In this document: positions 1 to 10,314 of the stretch, piece by piece | Position numbering within the stretch: the first letter of the stretch is position 1 | How the letters are laid out: every line of letters begins with the position of its first letter | Source: Trichomonas gallinae | Lineage: Eukaryota | Length of the DNA: 42,198 nt | NCBI GenBank assembly: GCA_008369845.1 | Contig: MRSU01004210.1 | Location: 1 to 42,198 of the forward strand | Direction: 5' to 3' | Made by a program: the position numbers and the translations under genes | Notes under the pieces: model-generated | Databases searched by the model: none | What the model was told of the DNA's origin: nothing | The model's input: only the letters and a program-made list of their open reading frames with translations

Positions 1-447
1 GGCCTACTATTCCTTATGAATAGCTTTTATTAGATTCATATTTTTATTAATATGTTATTATTTTTATATTAAAATATTGATATATTTTTTTTGCAAAACA
101 AAAAAGAAAAAAAGATACCCTTCAAGCGAGATTCGAACGTCGTACGTTTACTGAGATATATTCCATTGTGCTATTTCATGCTGGCTTTGACTGTATTTAT
201 CTACATATATAATGCTCTCCCCTTGCCAACCCCTGCAATAAAATTCAGAGATGACCGTCAGATTCAAAAATGACCCAAAAATTTACATACGGTATATATT
301 TATAATATAATATATAATAATTATAAATTTATTTTAATGTGAAATAAGAAATGAAACCCCTTACAAATCATTGGATTAAATAAGCGCATAATATAAAAGC
401 AAATATTCAATGAATTTTTTATTTTGCATTAATAAATTTTGCAATAT

Positions 448-1047
448 TTATGGGAGGGGTGTCGGTGCATGAGTATGTATTGCATCAAGCTCTTGGACCG
501 ATTTTCCTGCTTTGATGTTTTCAATGATAGTTTTTGCAGTTTCTGCTGTCAAATTCTGATAGTATACACCATCGATTATCATAACTGGGGCACTAGCACA
601 AGCACCAAGACATTCAACCTCCTCAAGAGTAAACAGTCCATCATGGGACTTTCCTTCCTTGAATGTGCCACCAGTAGCTTTTTCAATTGCACTTTTAACA
701 TCATTACTGCCTGTTAGGTAGCACGATAACCCCTTGCAAATTTCAACAATATGATTGTTCGGTGGTTTGAAACGGAACATTGAATAGAAGCAAGCTGTCT
801 CATGCACACGGCCTGCAGTAACGCCAACTATCTTTGAGATCTCCTGGAGGACACCTGTTGTGAGATAGCCACCATTTTCACGTTGGCCGAGGTGGAGAAG
901 TGGAAGAGTCGCGGCACGTTTATTTTCTTTTGGATACTTTGCAAGGACTGCGTCAACCTTTGACTGATCCTGGAATTTAAATGGCTTCTGGATCAAGGTC
1001 GACTTCTTGTTAAGCCTGGCGAAGAAGCGGGAGCTGGTGCAAAGCAT
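448..1047 (-). CDS. nuoE: Hydrogenosomal NADH dehydrogenase 24 kDa subunit (NuoE/NDUFV2, complex I N-module)
   Basis: 2Fe-2S ligands in CKGLSC and ECLGAC, plus LPLLHLGQ and ACFYSMF motifs. The likely ATG is at 1047 (MLCTSSRFF, a hydrogenosomal-type presequence), preceded by an Inr-like TTCAC. Confidence 0.95.
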   Translation of the reverse strand: MLCTSSRFFARLNKKSTLIQKPFKFQDQSKVDAVLAKYPKENKRAATLPLLHLGQRENGGYLTTGVLQEISKIVGVTAGRVHETACFYSMFRFKPPNNHIVEICKGLSCYLTGSNDVKSAIEKATGGTFKEGKSHDGLFTLEEVECLGACASAPVMIIDGVYYQNLTAETAKTIIENIKAGKSVQELDAIHTHAPTPLP

Positions 1048-1319
1048 GTGAACAATGTCACATTTTTGAATAACTATCGGCAAATTCAAAAATAAATCAC
1101 TATATTAAGGATATTGCCTACATCATTATTCCTGAATTTTAATAAAAATTGAGTGGTCGATTTCTCAGAAATTTCTTGAATCTATCGTTTTTTTTCTTAG
1201 CCACTTTTTCCTTTTTTTCATTTTTGTTTATACATACCAATCATAATAATACATAGATGATCATTTTTTTAATTTTTTTTTATAAAATAATAATGACTTT
1301 AGCCCAATAAATGTGCTTT

Positions 1320-2075
1320 AAACGGCACTCGCTATGCTGAATAAAGATATCGCACAATTTGCAAATCTAATTATAATAATATTAATTGATGTCATTTCAT
1401 AAAAATAACAAGTATATGCTTGTGCATGATAGGTGAAACATTTGTTGAATGAAATTAGATAATTATTGATTTTAAAAATATTAGCGAATGATCATATTGT
1501 TCTTAAATATGGGATAACATGCTTTCCATTTTACTGATTTATCGATTAAAATCATAATATCTAATTTTTTATGAGAAATATTTAATTTGTTGCTTACGAT
1601 TACACTAATAAAATATTGATACACATAAATGATAAAATTTTATATCTCTACTATATTGTTTGTATCACATAAATTATATTTTATTATTAAAGAGTAGAAT
1701 ATGATGACATTACATTGGTCCACAGTACATCGCGAAGCTGACATTGGTTCACTCAGTTTGTTCATTTTGTCTGTGGAAAAAGTTTTTCAATCTGATTCTA
1801 TGCTTTTTAGCTCAGTTCGTTATTAGATGTGATAGCATTTATTGCACATGTAAGCTTTTTCAATGACACCATTCAAATTATTTTGACCGAAAATCTAAAT
1901 CAACATTTGTGCCTCAAAGTTTGACACTATGCTATATAATGTCATTAAAGATCATGAATATATATATGCCAAGATATTGAATAACATTTGAAATGAAGTC
2001 ATTAAGTTTAAAATCACTTGCAGATTCCAGCAATAAAATCATTTGCTATGCTGATAGCAAACGGAGCAATATAAA
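1320..2075 (+). pseudogene. Highly degraded ankyrin-repeat relic
   Basis: Scattered fragments: TAL..NKDIAQF (~1322-1360), KYGIT(+1 nt)AFHFT (1505-1535) and MLIANGA (2048-2068). No continuous ORF. Confidence 0.4.
1695..1800 (+). ncRNA. Candidate box C/D snoRNA
   Basis: TAGAA(1695-1699)-T-ATGATGA (box C, 1701-1707), CTGA (D', 1738-1741), T-CTGA (box D, 1792-1795)-TTCTA(1796-1800). The 5-bp terminal stem is in kink-turn register. No rRNA target identified. Confidence 0.3.
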
Positions 2076-2204
2076 ATAGTTGTACGAAAATTATGGAAAT
2101 TCATTTTCCTTAATATTTTTCAAAGTTTGGATGATAAACATACATAATATCGCATAGCATGCAACTATTATATAAAAACTGTTTCGAAATAAATCTAAAA
2201 AAAT

Positions 2205-5200
2205 ATGGAATGGCCGGAAATACTTAGCAACTCTGGAATCACTCCATCAGTTTTGGTATTCTTTCTGGCCTTCATCATTATTTTGATATACTTGTTTTTT
2301 TTTCAGCAATATCTCACTGCAATCTTTTATAAAATTGCAATGAAAATGATTTTACCAAAATCTCTCTCAATTCACTTCGAAAGATTCTCATTTTCGATGT
2401 TTACGGGTCAATTTACATTGCATAGAGTTCAAATTGCTTCACAAGATTTTCTAATAAATATTGGAAGAATTAGAGCAACTTTGTACTACTGGCGTCCAAT
2501 ATCTTCATATTTATCAGACAGTGAAGCTGATTACAAGGATAGATTCCATGCTAAATTAAATGCTGTTTCAATAACTTTCTATAACAGGAAATATTCAACA
2601 GATTTAGTGGAAGAAGTTACAGAAAATATCAAAAATGGTGCTTCAGCTAGCGACATAACAAATTTGTTACGTTCAAAAATCGATGATCCAAAACCTTTCC
2701 CATTATCAGTAATTTATCGAGCTATTTTACCATTTTCATTCGATATTAAGGCATTTTCTGTTACATTTGGCAATGAAGTGCTTCCCTCTTATTGTATTCT
2801 TCATTCTGATACTGTTTTTGGGCGATATTCAATTAAAGCGCGTGAGACATCAGAATCTCATATGAAGTCAATCAGTGAGCTACAATTTACAGGCTTCGAT
2901 TTCCTAGTATATCCACATCAGATTGAATATCCAGAAATTTTTGCAATTTCGATGAGAGATATACAAGAGCGATCAAAAAAGTATCATTCTGTAATAAAAT
3001 CGGAAAAAGTTACAGTAACGATGTTGACTGATATGCCTGGCTGCTATATCAGCGATGAAGTTGCTGAATTAGAGCAAGTAAAAGAACAACCACGATGGAT
3101 TGTAGATATCCAGTTTAATGAAGAAACAACAATTATTTATGGACCATATACAGACAAATTGCGCGTCTCATTTATGAAATTCTTTCTTCCTTTCTATTTC
3201 AACAATCCTGTGCTTTATGAGCCAAATAACAACCGCATTAAGAACTTAGAGGTTATACTTACTTTCATGCAGAAGTTCACTCTAAAAATACCATTTGTCA
3301 CAGCAATTTTATCAAATGAGTCATTGACCATCTCTGGAGAAGAAGGATCTCGCATAGAAGTTCTAAGTGCGCAATATCCAAACACAATAGATGAATGCAA
3401 AATGACTGTTTCTGTCGAAGTTAAAAATCCACAAATTTCTTCTTCTTTAGGCCCAGAAAATTTGATAAATGCGGATTTACTGAACGTAGAAATGGGTAAC
3501 TTTTACAAAGAGAGATGGGATGATATATCTCAAACATCAGTATTTTGCAAATTTGAAAACGCAAAAATTATGCTGCATCCTTACCACATTGACTTTTTAA
3601 CACAGCTAGGAACAGACTGGGCCTCATATTATCCATTTCAAACTGTCCCAGATACTGCGCAAAACTTTTCCCCATGGAGTTATTACGTTGTTGTTGATAT
3701 TTCTCCAGTAGCCATCAAACTTCTCATGGAAAAAAACCCAGAGTACTCCCAAGTCCAGAATCCGAACGAGCACGAACATATGGACATAAAATTGGCCGGA
3801 ATGACATTTAGGATGACAGCGCCTTTCACTGAATATAAGGCCGAGAAGAAAGGTGTCAATTTCTCTGTTGATTTGGTCCAAGGCGGTGCGGAATTTGTTT
3901 TTCCTTTTAACCACATGAACAAGATTAGGCGTGGCACAGATATCAACAACTATCTTGCCTTTGAAAGGCTCCTCATCAAAGGTGAATACAGATGGTCATC
4001 GAAGCCAGGCGGAGATGCCAGCTTTCCTCTAACCCTAAAATTTACGAAAGCTAATGGCCTCTGTGACTTCTCATTTATATTCTCTATGCTTGATGTAATC
4101 GTCAATTACACTAGCGGAGAAAGGAAAGTTCCAGAAAAGCTAAAGGAGCTATACGAGAAAAATAAGCCCCAGATAACCCCGTACAAATTCCATATCTCAG
4201 TCGTACTTTCGATCGACTCTGGAACATTAAAAGTTCCTTTCCAAATGTACGACACGAAGAACTGTGCAGTCGGCACTCTGAGCAACATGGTTTTAACAGT
4301 TGAAAGCGTATTCCCATACTTCGAAGTCATGCTTAACATCGAATCAATTGTTGCAAACATTCCTCCGTGTGATTTTCCATACGAAGTTTTCTACAAAGAA
4401 CAGATTGGCGAAAAAGAGATGAATGATGCAGTGGGCTTAATCCATATGGATGGCTTAGGCGTTGAACTTAGATATATAGCTGCAAAGCCTGGAATAACAA
4501 CATCTAGTGACATAAATGTTACTATTGGAAAACTTGCAGGCTTTGCTTTATTGCCGCATATTTTATCTGGACTTGAAATAACAACATCATTCATTCACCA
4601 TTGGTTTAGTGAAGATTCTAGAGCAGTTTCCAATTTTGACCACTGGTATTTCTACTTTTTGAGAAATATCTCAGTATCTGTCTCTGACATAACACTCTAC
4701 GTAGATATGGGCCAATTGGGAATATTGGCAGCTTTATTGCCATCAGGTGTCAGCGTTTTACTGGATAACTTGATAGACGAAGATTTCCACACGCACATGT
4801 ACGTTGTTATTCCTTCGATTGATGTCATACATTTGATACAGGAATATGACAACGGCCCGCTTATACCAATGTTTAGAACTACCTTATATCTTAATTTGCT
4901 GAGAAATGGAAAATTCGATGGAAATAAAGAAGATAAAATTAAGCAGGCAGAATTGTTGAGACAGTTCGACAAAAACCTGAAAAGATATCCATTCTTATGG
5001 AATGAGATTCCTGACTTGCCAGAAAACTTTTTCACTAATCCGGAGATATTCGATCCAAATGCATACAAGGCATCACTTAAAGAAGAAATCGAGTTATCAC
5101 AAGCTTTAGCTTCTAATCCATTCGAATGTGGTGTTTACACTTTGGAGATTCCAAATATAAACTACAAGACTAAGAGACTCTTCTGCACACCGCAACAGCT

Positions 5201-8200
5201 GTCCGCTTGGAGTTATCATTTGAAGGCTTGCCGAGTTTATGCACATAATTTCTCAGGAATATTGACAAGAGATATCGAAAACGAAGTAGATCCAACGCTC
5301 TACACCCAAGAGATTAATGACAAATTCTCGAGAGTGAAAATGGAGATGGATATATGCATCCCGCACAATCTTGTTGTTAATATCAGCCCGGTTACAATCC
5401 CTGTACTGGCTGCTTTGGTTGAGATGATGAACTACAAATCAAACTCGATGCTCTTGGATTCCTATGTAAGAGAGATGGTGTCAGATTTCTGCGCTGTCGA
5501 ATTTTACAGGCAGAACAATATTGGCTTATTGTTGCCAAAAATAACCGTCAACCTTATTGACCAAGACTTCGTTTTAACAGCATGCATCGACACAATCAAA
5601 TTATTCTTGGCGAAAGACTTGGAGAACATGACGAAGAAGATGAGTGTTAAAATTGACAAAATCACCCTTTCTGCTTCTAAATTCGATTCCGAAAAACCAG
5701 ATTTAACTCTAAAAGTTCCCAACATAGTTATAGCAATGAACAATGTTAAATCAAACGTGAATGTTGATCCAATCACACTTGACTTAAAATCAGGATCGCC
5801 ATCGCTTATAGGTATTATGGGATCCGCGCTTAAAGTTGAGCTTTCTGACCTACCTAAACCAGTCTTCGGTAAAAGAATGGAAGATTTCATTTCTTTGCTT
5901 AAGAATTCTCCAGAATATGAAACGGAGAAAAAGAGGCTAAGAGAAACTCAATTCAGACTTCCAAATCAGTTCATGAATTCAGACTACTGCGCCGATATCA
6001 CTGCAATGTACACAACCGCAATGGCCATGGATTTGATGAACTTCAACATTCACTTCAAGAATGTTGGAGAACCTGAGCAGAATCTTGATGAACCACCTAA
6101 GTATCTCAACATCAAGCTGCCAACATTCTCTGTTGTTTTCTCCGATCCGCAAAAGGATTCATTCATCAAAGTTGTCCCATACCCGATCTCCGGCGAGATT
6201 TCGGGCAAGACATTCGCTTTAACTGCTGGCATCAAATCATTGACACTGGAGACAGGCCCACCTATCTTAAAGTTTGTCGAAGCTTTGAAGTCAATTGGCG
6301 ATGATAATCCATTAGATACAATGATCGAAGATGTTAATTCAGAGGATGAACCAACTGTCAAGCCCAAGTCTTCGACGAAAGTTTTCGCTCATTTACTTGT
6401 TAACGACATCCACATCAAATTTAATGAAATATCAATTGATCTTACACGTGCTGCAGCTGCAATTACATCCAATCCATATACAGAGACATCCAAGATGTTA
6501 TCAGTTACAGCATCGATTAATGATTTAGCTTTGAAAGTCTCCGACTTCTTCATAGCAAAATTCAAGTCCTTCTCAATTTGCCAACGCTCCGAATCGCTCG
6601 AAGGTGCATTCAGGATAGAGCCAATAGACATCGAATTCCCAATAACATTTGTGTTGGACCCAATAAAGAACTTAGAAAGGGCACTGGGATTCAATATCCT
6701 AGAGCAGAAAACGATTTTGACACCAAGAAAGAGGAATTCCATCATAAGAGAATCATTCAAAGTCGATAATGGTTCTCCAAGGCAAAATCCAATCTTAAAA
6801 GAAATATTGGATTCTTTGTGCGTTACTGTACTCGTTGAGCCAATAACAATCAAGTGCATTTTGAATGAAACACAGGATGCAATATTCCAACTTCCAGGAA
6901 TTTCTGGTTTAGTTTCAAACGAGGATTCAATTTTGACATTCTTCACTTTTATGCACGAGCCAATTATATCTATCACCAATATCTTCAATGTTCAGGTTGC
7001 TCCTTTGCTTTTGCATGGAAGCTTTAATGTTGAGCAGCTCCATTTGCTGGTCTTCTTGATGCTCGGACAAATCAATTTCTTAGGAGATGGAGAAAGCGTC
7101 TCCCAGCTAGTTTGTTTGCTGAACTCCATCTTATCCCAGGTAGAGAAGAAAGCTATCATAGAAGCAAAGAAGAAATCAGAAAGAACAATTTCTTTAAAGG
7201 AGACAAAGAGGCCACCAAAGAGAAGTCTCAACATCAATTTCCAATTCTTGATGCCGCAGGTTTCATTCTCTTTGGCAGAAATATCAACGACTGTCGGACT
7301 GGAAGCTTTATTTGTCAATCTTGAGCTCGCTGAGAATCTCTCGTTTGAAGCACAAATACAAGGATTTGGCATCCAGGTTTATGAGGCACAGTTGATGACC
7401 GAGTTCTATGTTTCATTAATGAATAACATGCTGAGATTCACTATATCAGATCCAACAATTAATCTCTCTCAGCCTTTCTTCATCAACATTACTCACATTG
7501 CCCAGTTCGCCAAAGCTATACAGCAGCGATTGAAGAAGCAAAAGAGAGTCAAGAAATTGTTCAAGGACATCAACAAGTCAATTGCGAAAGCAGCGGACAG
7601 TGGTGCAGGAAAGATCCTGAACTCATTAGGATTCGATGTTACAACAGAGGATTTGCACTTCCCAGATCTTATAAATCAGCAATTCTTCTTCGAGATCGTC
7701 AACACTTCTGTGACATTAACACTGGCGCACTCAGGCGAATGCCATCTCACAATTCCTTCGATTTCTCTTTGCGTCCAGACAAGGATCAGCGAGCAGCACA
7801 AGAAGACAGCAAGCGCAGCAGTTTTCGCAATATCCGATGTCACTCTCGTTCTTGACTCAGCTGAATCTTCAACAACCACTGGACCAAGTTCGGATGCCTT
7901 TGAACCAAATATGAGATCCGGAAACACCAACGATGATATGAGCAACAACCTTTCCCTTGTGTCTTTGCATCAATTAGAATTAAGTATCATTTCATTCCAG
8001 AACAGGATTTTGACCGACGCTAACATCAGCGGACTCAATGTTAAGCTATTCCCGACATTCCCATCAGCCATTGTCAGGATCATTGAAGTCATTGATTTGG
8101 GTGACAGCGCAAATTCCAGTGCAGCAGGAACAACAGAAAGTGAATTCGAAGAAGAAGATGAAGACGAGGAAACAAAGGTGGATGAAGCAGACAAGCCGAA

Positions 8201-10235
8201 AACAATAAAGGATCTCGAAATTGAGGCACACTTCAGATGCGTTGATACGGAAATTGTATTAAACCCAATTGCTAACACAGTACCAATTCCTCGTGTTGTG
8301 CTCGAATTCTTGCTTAAGCAGAATCACGCATATATTGTCGTCAACATTCCTAATGACGTCAAGGCGACATTCTCGCCTCCATTGATTGATTGGATCATGA
8401 AGTTACTAAAGACGATCAAACTTAGACCCAACCAACAGGAGTTGAAGTTGAACACAACTCCAAAGGCATCAAAGAATACCAAAGCACAGCCTACGCCTAC
8501 ATCAAAGAAGAAATCCAGAAGGGAGCCGAAGAACATCCAACCACAGTCATCAGCTGCTACTTTGTTGTTAATGAAGGATAACATTGATAAGAAATTCAAG
8601 TACGACATTATCTTCAATACGAAGTGCTTTGAAATATGTTTGTCTTGCAAGCCAAGAAGATCTGACATCTCAGCTGTTGTTGGATTCTCTGCTGTTCAGC
8701 TAATTCACAGCTCAACTAATGACTCTTCTAACGCATCAATTGTCAATATTTATCTCAGAACTCACAACATTTACACGCCAACAAATTCATACGCTAGAAC
8801 AGCCAGATTATTTGAGCTGACTATCCCGAGAATCGATGCTTCACTCATATTGCCAGACATTCCGGTCGTCATCTCTAAAATCGAAATTTCTATTTCATCA
8901 GATAAAATCGAAGAAATTTCGTTGTTCAATGACGTATGGGTTCAGCCACTACTCAAAGTTTTCAATGACGAAAAAGATAAAACACCAGATACATCACCAA
9001 AAGCACCAATTCCTCCAATACCGGCCAATCCGCCGATGCCCGAAACGGACTTCAACTTGAAGCTTCTATTGAATTCAATCGATCTCTACTTCAACTACAC
9101 CAGCGGTGCAGGAAATCTTCTATTCAAGTTGTATCCAATCAGAGCTGAAATATCCAAAGAGTTGAAGTTCTTGACTGTGAATTCCATTTCTCTTAATTCG
9201 TTCGGAAGGTTGACTAGTGATATTTCCATTGAAACTCTATACATAATGAAGGAGCAGGTGTCAAAGAAATCGTCGAAGATTTTGTTCATAATGGGCCAAC
9301 TTTCAACAGAAATGAGATCACTCGAAGATCAATTCTTGTCCATCACTGTTGGAAGAATCAATCTCATCACGAGATCTTCCCTAAAGAAGACAGGACCTTA
9401 TTCTATTTTGCTCGCTTCTATAGATTCTCCAGTTATCTCAGCAACAGCCCAAACTGTTCCAAACTTGCTGAGTTTCTACCACACAGTCGCAGATCCAATT
9501 AAGATTGGTGTTCAAAGAGCCAACCGCACAACAGAGCCACCTAAACCAAAAACTGTTACTACTCTGCCAGTTGTCGCACCGCCAAACAGCCGCTTGATCT
9601 TCCTGACATCTGGCATCAAAGTTGAGTTATTCAGGTACTACTTCAAAGACACCGAATCAATCCGCTTGAACATTGGAGGAGTCAACATGAGTCTCGCAAT
9701 TTCATCTGATACTATGGAAAGAATTTCCCGTGATTTGAATTTCTCATTCAAGCCGATTGTTCTCGGTAAGATGATAATGAGCTCTGCAAAACCTCAACTG
9801 AGAGAAATCTTGAAGCTGCCAGCGCTTACTGGAGACTTAGACACAGTACAAATCGGCTTAAATGGCTCAATGGTTCACTACGACTTTGTCACCAATTTCG
9901 ATGGATTAATTGAGCCAACACTTACATTAACTGACTACGAGTTCCTCGTTGATCTCCTCAAATACGCTGCCAAGCAGCTCAACATGGACAATCTTGCATC
10001 AACCCAGGTAAATGATAAACCGAAACCAAAGAAGATACAATACCAGTTTGTCCCCAATAAATACTCATTCAATCCAGGATTCAAGGTTGGCATCGGTGCC
10101 AGCCTCAAGCCAAACGTTCAATGGCTTCTCACTCAGCTGGGTATCTCAGATGAGCACATTATTCCTGCCTCGCTTTTCGAAGGCGTTTCACTCGGTCTCG
10201 AAAAACTTCTTGTTGCAATTAATAACCAGAAATAA
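2205..10235 (+). CDS. Bridge-like lipid transfer protein, BLTP1/KIAA1109/Csf1/Tweek family
   Basis: N-terminal TM helix followed by IHFERFSFSMFTGQF..LYYWR and IYGPYTDKLRVSFMKFFLP (compare YGPWADRQR...FFFP). The body is beta-rich, and the C-terminus PNVQWLLTQLGISDEHIIPASLFEGVSLGLEKLL resembles FSA_C. Confidence 0.8.
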   Translation: MEWPEILSNSGITPSVLVFFLAFIIILIYLFFFQQYLTAIFYKIAMKMILPKSLSIHFERFSFSMFTGQFTLHRVQIASQDFLINIGRIRATLYYWRPISSYLSDSEADYKDRFHAKLNAVSITFYNRKYSTDLVEEVTENIKNGASASDITNLLRSKIDDPKPFPLSVIYRAILPFSFDIKAFSVTFGNEVLPSYCILHSDTVFGRYSIKARETSESHMKSISELQFTGFDFLVYPHQIEYPEIFAISMRDIQERSKKYHSVIKSEKVTVTMLTDMPGCYISDEVAELEQVKEQPRWIVDIQFNEETTIIYGPYTDKLRVSFMKFFLPFYFNNPVLYEPNNNRIKNLEVILTFMQKFTLKIPFVTAILSNESLTISGEEGSRIEVLSAQYPNTIDECKMTVSVEVKNPQISSSLGPENLINADLLNVEMGNFYKERWDDISQTSVFCKFENAKIMLHPYHIDFLTQLGTDWASYYPFQTVPDTAQNFSPWSYYVVVDISPVAIKLLMEKNPEYSQVQNPNEHEHMDIKLAGMTFRMTAPFTEYKAEKKGVNFSVDLVQGGAEFVFPFNHMNKIRRGTDINNYLAFERLLIKGEYRWSSKPGGDASFPLTLKFTKANGLCDFSFIFSMLDVIVNYTSGERKVPEKLKELYEKNKPQITPYKFHISVVLSIDSGTLKVPFQMYDTKNCAVGTLSNMVLTVESVFPYFEVMLNIESIVANIPPCDFPYEVFYKEQIGEKEMNDAVGLIHMDGLGVELRYIAAKPGITTSSDINVTIGKLAGFALLPHILSGLEITTSFIHHWFSEDSRAVSNFDHWYFYFLRNISVSVSDITLYVDMGQLGILAALLPSGVSVLLDNLIDEDFHTHMYVVIPSIDVIHLIQEYDNGPLIPMFRTTLYLNLLRNGKFDGNKEDKIKQAELLRQFDKNLKRYPFLWNEIPDLPENFFTNPEIFDPNAYKASLKEEIELSQALASNPFECGVYTLEIPNINYKTKRLFCTPQQLSAWSYHLKACRVYAHNFSGILTRDIENEVDPTLYTQEINDKFSRVKMEMDICIPHNLVVNISPVTIPVLAALVEMMNYKSNSMLLDSYVREMVSDFCAVEFYRQNNIGLLLPKITVNLIDQDFVLTACIDTIKLFLAKDLENMTKKMSVKIDKITLSASKFDSEKPDLTLKVPNIVIAMNNVKSNVNVDPITLDLKSGSPSLIGIMGSALKVELSDLPKPVFGKRMEDFISLLKNSPEYETEKKRLRETQFRLPNQFMNSDYCADITAMYTTAMAMDLMNFNIHFKNVGEPEQNLDEPPKYLNIKLPTFSVVFSDPQKDSFIKVVPYPISGEISGKTFALTAGIKSLTLETGPPILKFVEALKSIGDDNPLDTMIEDVNSEDEPTVKPKSSTKVFAHLLVNDIHIKFNEISIDLTRAAAAITSNPYTETSKMLSVTASINDLALKVSDFFIAKFKSFSICQRSESLEGAFRIEPIDIEFPITFVLDPIKNLERALGFNILEQKTILTPRKRNSIIRESFKVDNGSPRQNPILKEILDSLCVTVLVEPITIKCILNETQDAIFQLPGISGLVSNEDSILTFFTFMHEPIISITNIFNVQVAPLLLHGSFNVEQLHLLVFLMLGQINFLGDGESVSQLVCLLNSILSQVEKKAIIEAKKKSERTISLKETKRPPKRSLNINFQFLMPQVSFSLAEISTTVGLEALFVNLELAENLSFEAQIQGFGIQVYEAQLMTEFYVSLMNNMLRFTISDPTINLSQPFFINITHIAQFAKAIQQRLKKQKRVKKLFKDINKSIAKAADSGAGKILNSLGFDVTTEDLHFPDLINQQFFFEIVNTSVTLTLAHSGECHLTIPSISLCVQTRISEQHKKTASAAVFAISDVTLVLDSAESSTTTGPSSDAFEPNMRSGNTNDDMSNNLSLVSLHQLELSIISFQNRILTDANISGLNVKLFPTFPSAIVRIIEVIDLGDSANSSAAGTTESEFEEEDEDEETKVDEADKPKTIKDLEIEAHFRCVDTEIVLNPIANTVPIPRVVLEFLLKQNHAYIVVNIPNDVKATFSPPLIDWIMKLLKTIKLRPNQQELKLNTTPKASKNTKAQPTPTSKKKSRREPKNIQPQSSAATLLLMKDNIDKKFKYDIIFNTKCFEICLSCKPRRSDISAVVGFSAVQLIHSSTNDSSNASIVNIYLRTHNIYTPTNSYARTARLFELTIPRIDASLILPDIPVVISKIEISISSDKIEEISLFNDVWVQPLLKVFNDEKDKTPDTSPKAPIPPIPANPPMPETDFNLKLLLNSIDLYFNYTSGAGNLLFKLYPIRAEISKELKFLTVNSISLNSFGRLTSDISIETLYIMKEQVSKKSSKILFIMGQLSTEMRSLEDQFLSITVGRINLITRSSLKKTGPYSILLASIDSPVISATAQTVPNLLSFYHTVADPIKIGVQRANRTTEPPKPKTVTTLPVVAPPNSRLIFLTSGIKVELFRYYFKDTESIRLNIGGVNMSLAISSDTMERISRDLNFSFKPIVLGKMIMSSAKPQLREILKLPALTGDLDTVQIGLNGSMVHYDFVTNFDGLIEPTLTLTDYEFLVDLLKYAAKQLNMDNLASTQVNDKPKPKKIQYQFVPNKYSFNPGFKVGIGASLKPNVQWLLTQLGISDEHIIPASLFEGVSLGLEKLLVAINNQK

Positions 10236-10314
10236 ATTTTATTTGTTATTTTGTTTGTAAAATGTAAGAGAGAAATATTATAATATATACTTTTATAGAA
10301 TATTAACAATAAGA

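Noticed and set aside
101..145. Minus-strand tRNA-like T-loop (GTTCGAATC) followed by a poly-T run
   Set aside because: The T-stem is imperfect, and there is no matching acceptor stem, D-arm or anticodon arm upstream. At most a remnant.
91..273. 60-aa plus-strand ORF with a hydrophobic stretch
   Set aside because: TTG start, no recognisable motif and no supporting promoter context.
3215..9289. Many antisense ORFs within the large gene (likewise within 10315-11895, 28931-31333 and 33922-36906)
   Set aside because: These are shadow ORFs produced by codon bias, with non-ATG starts and no motifs.
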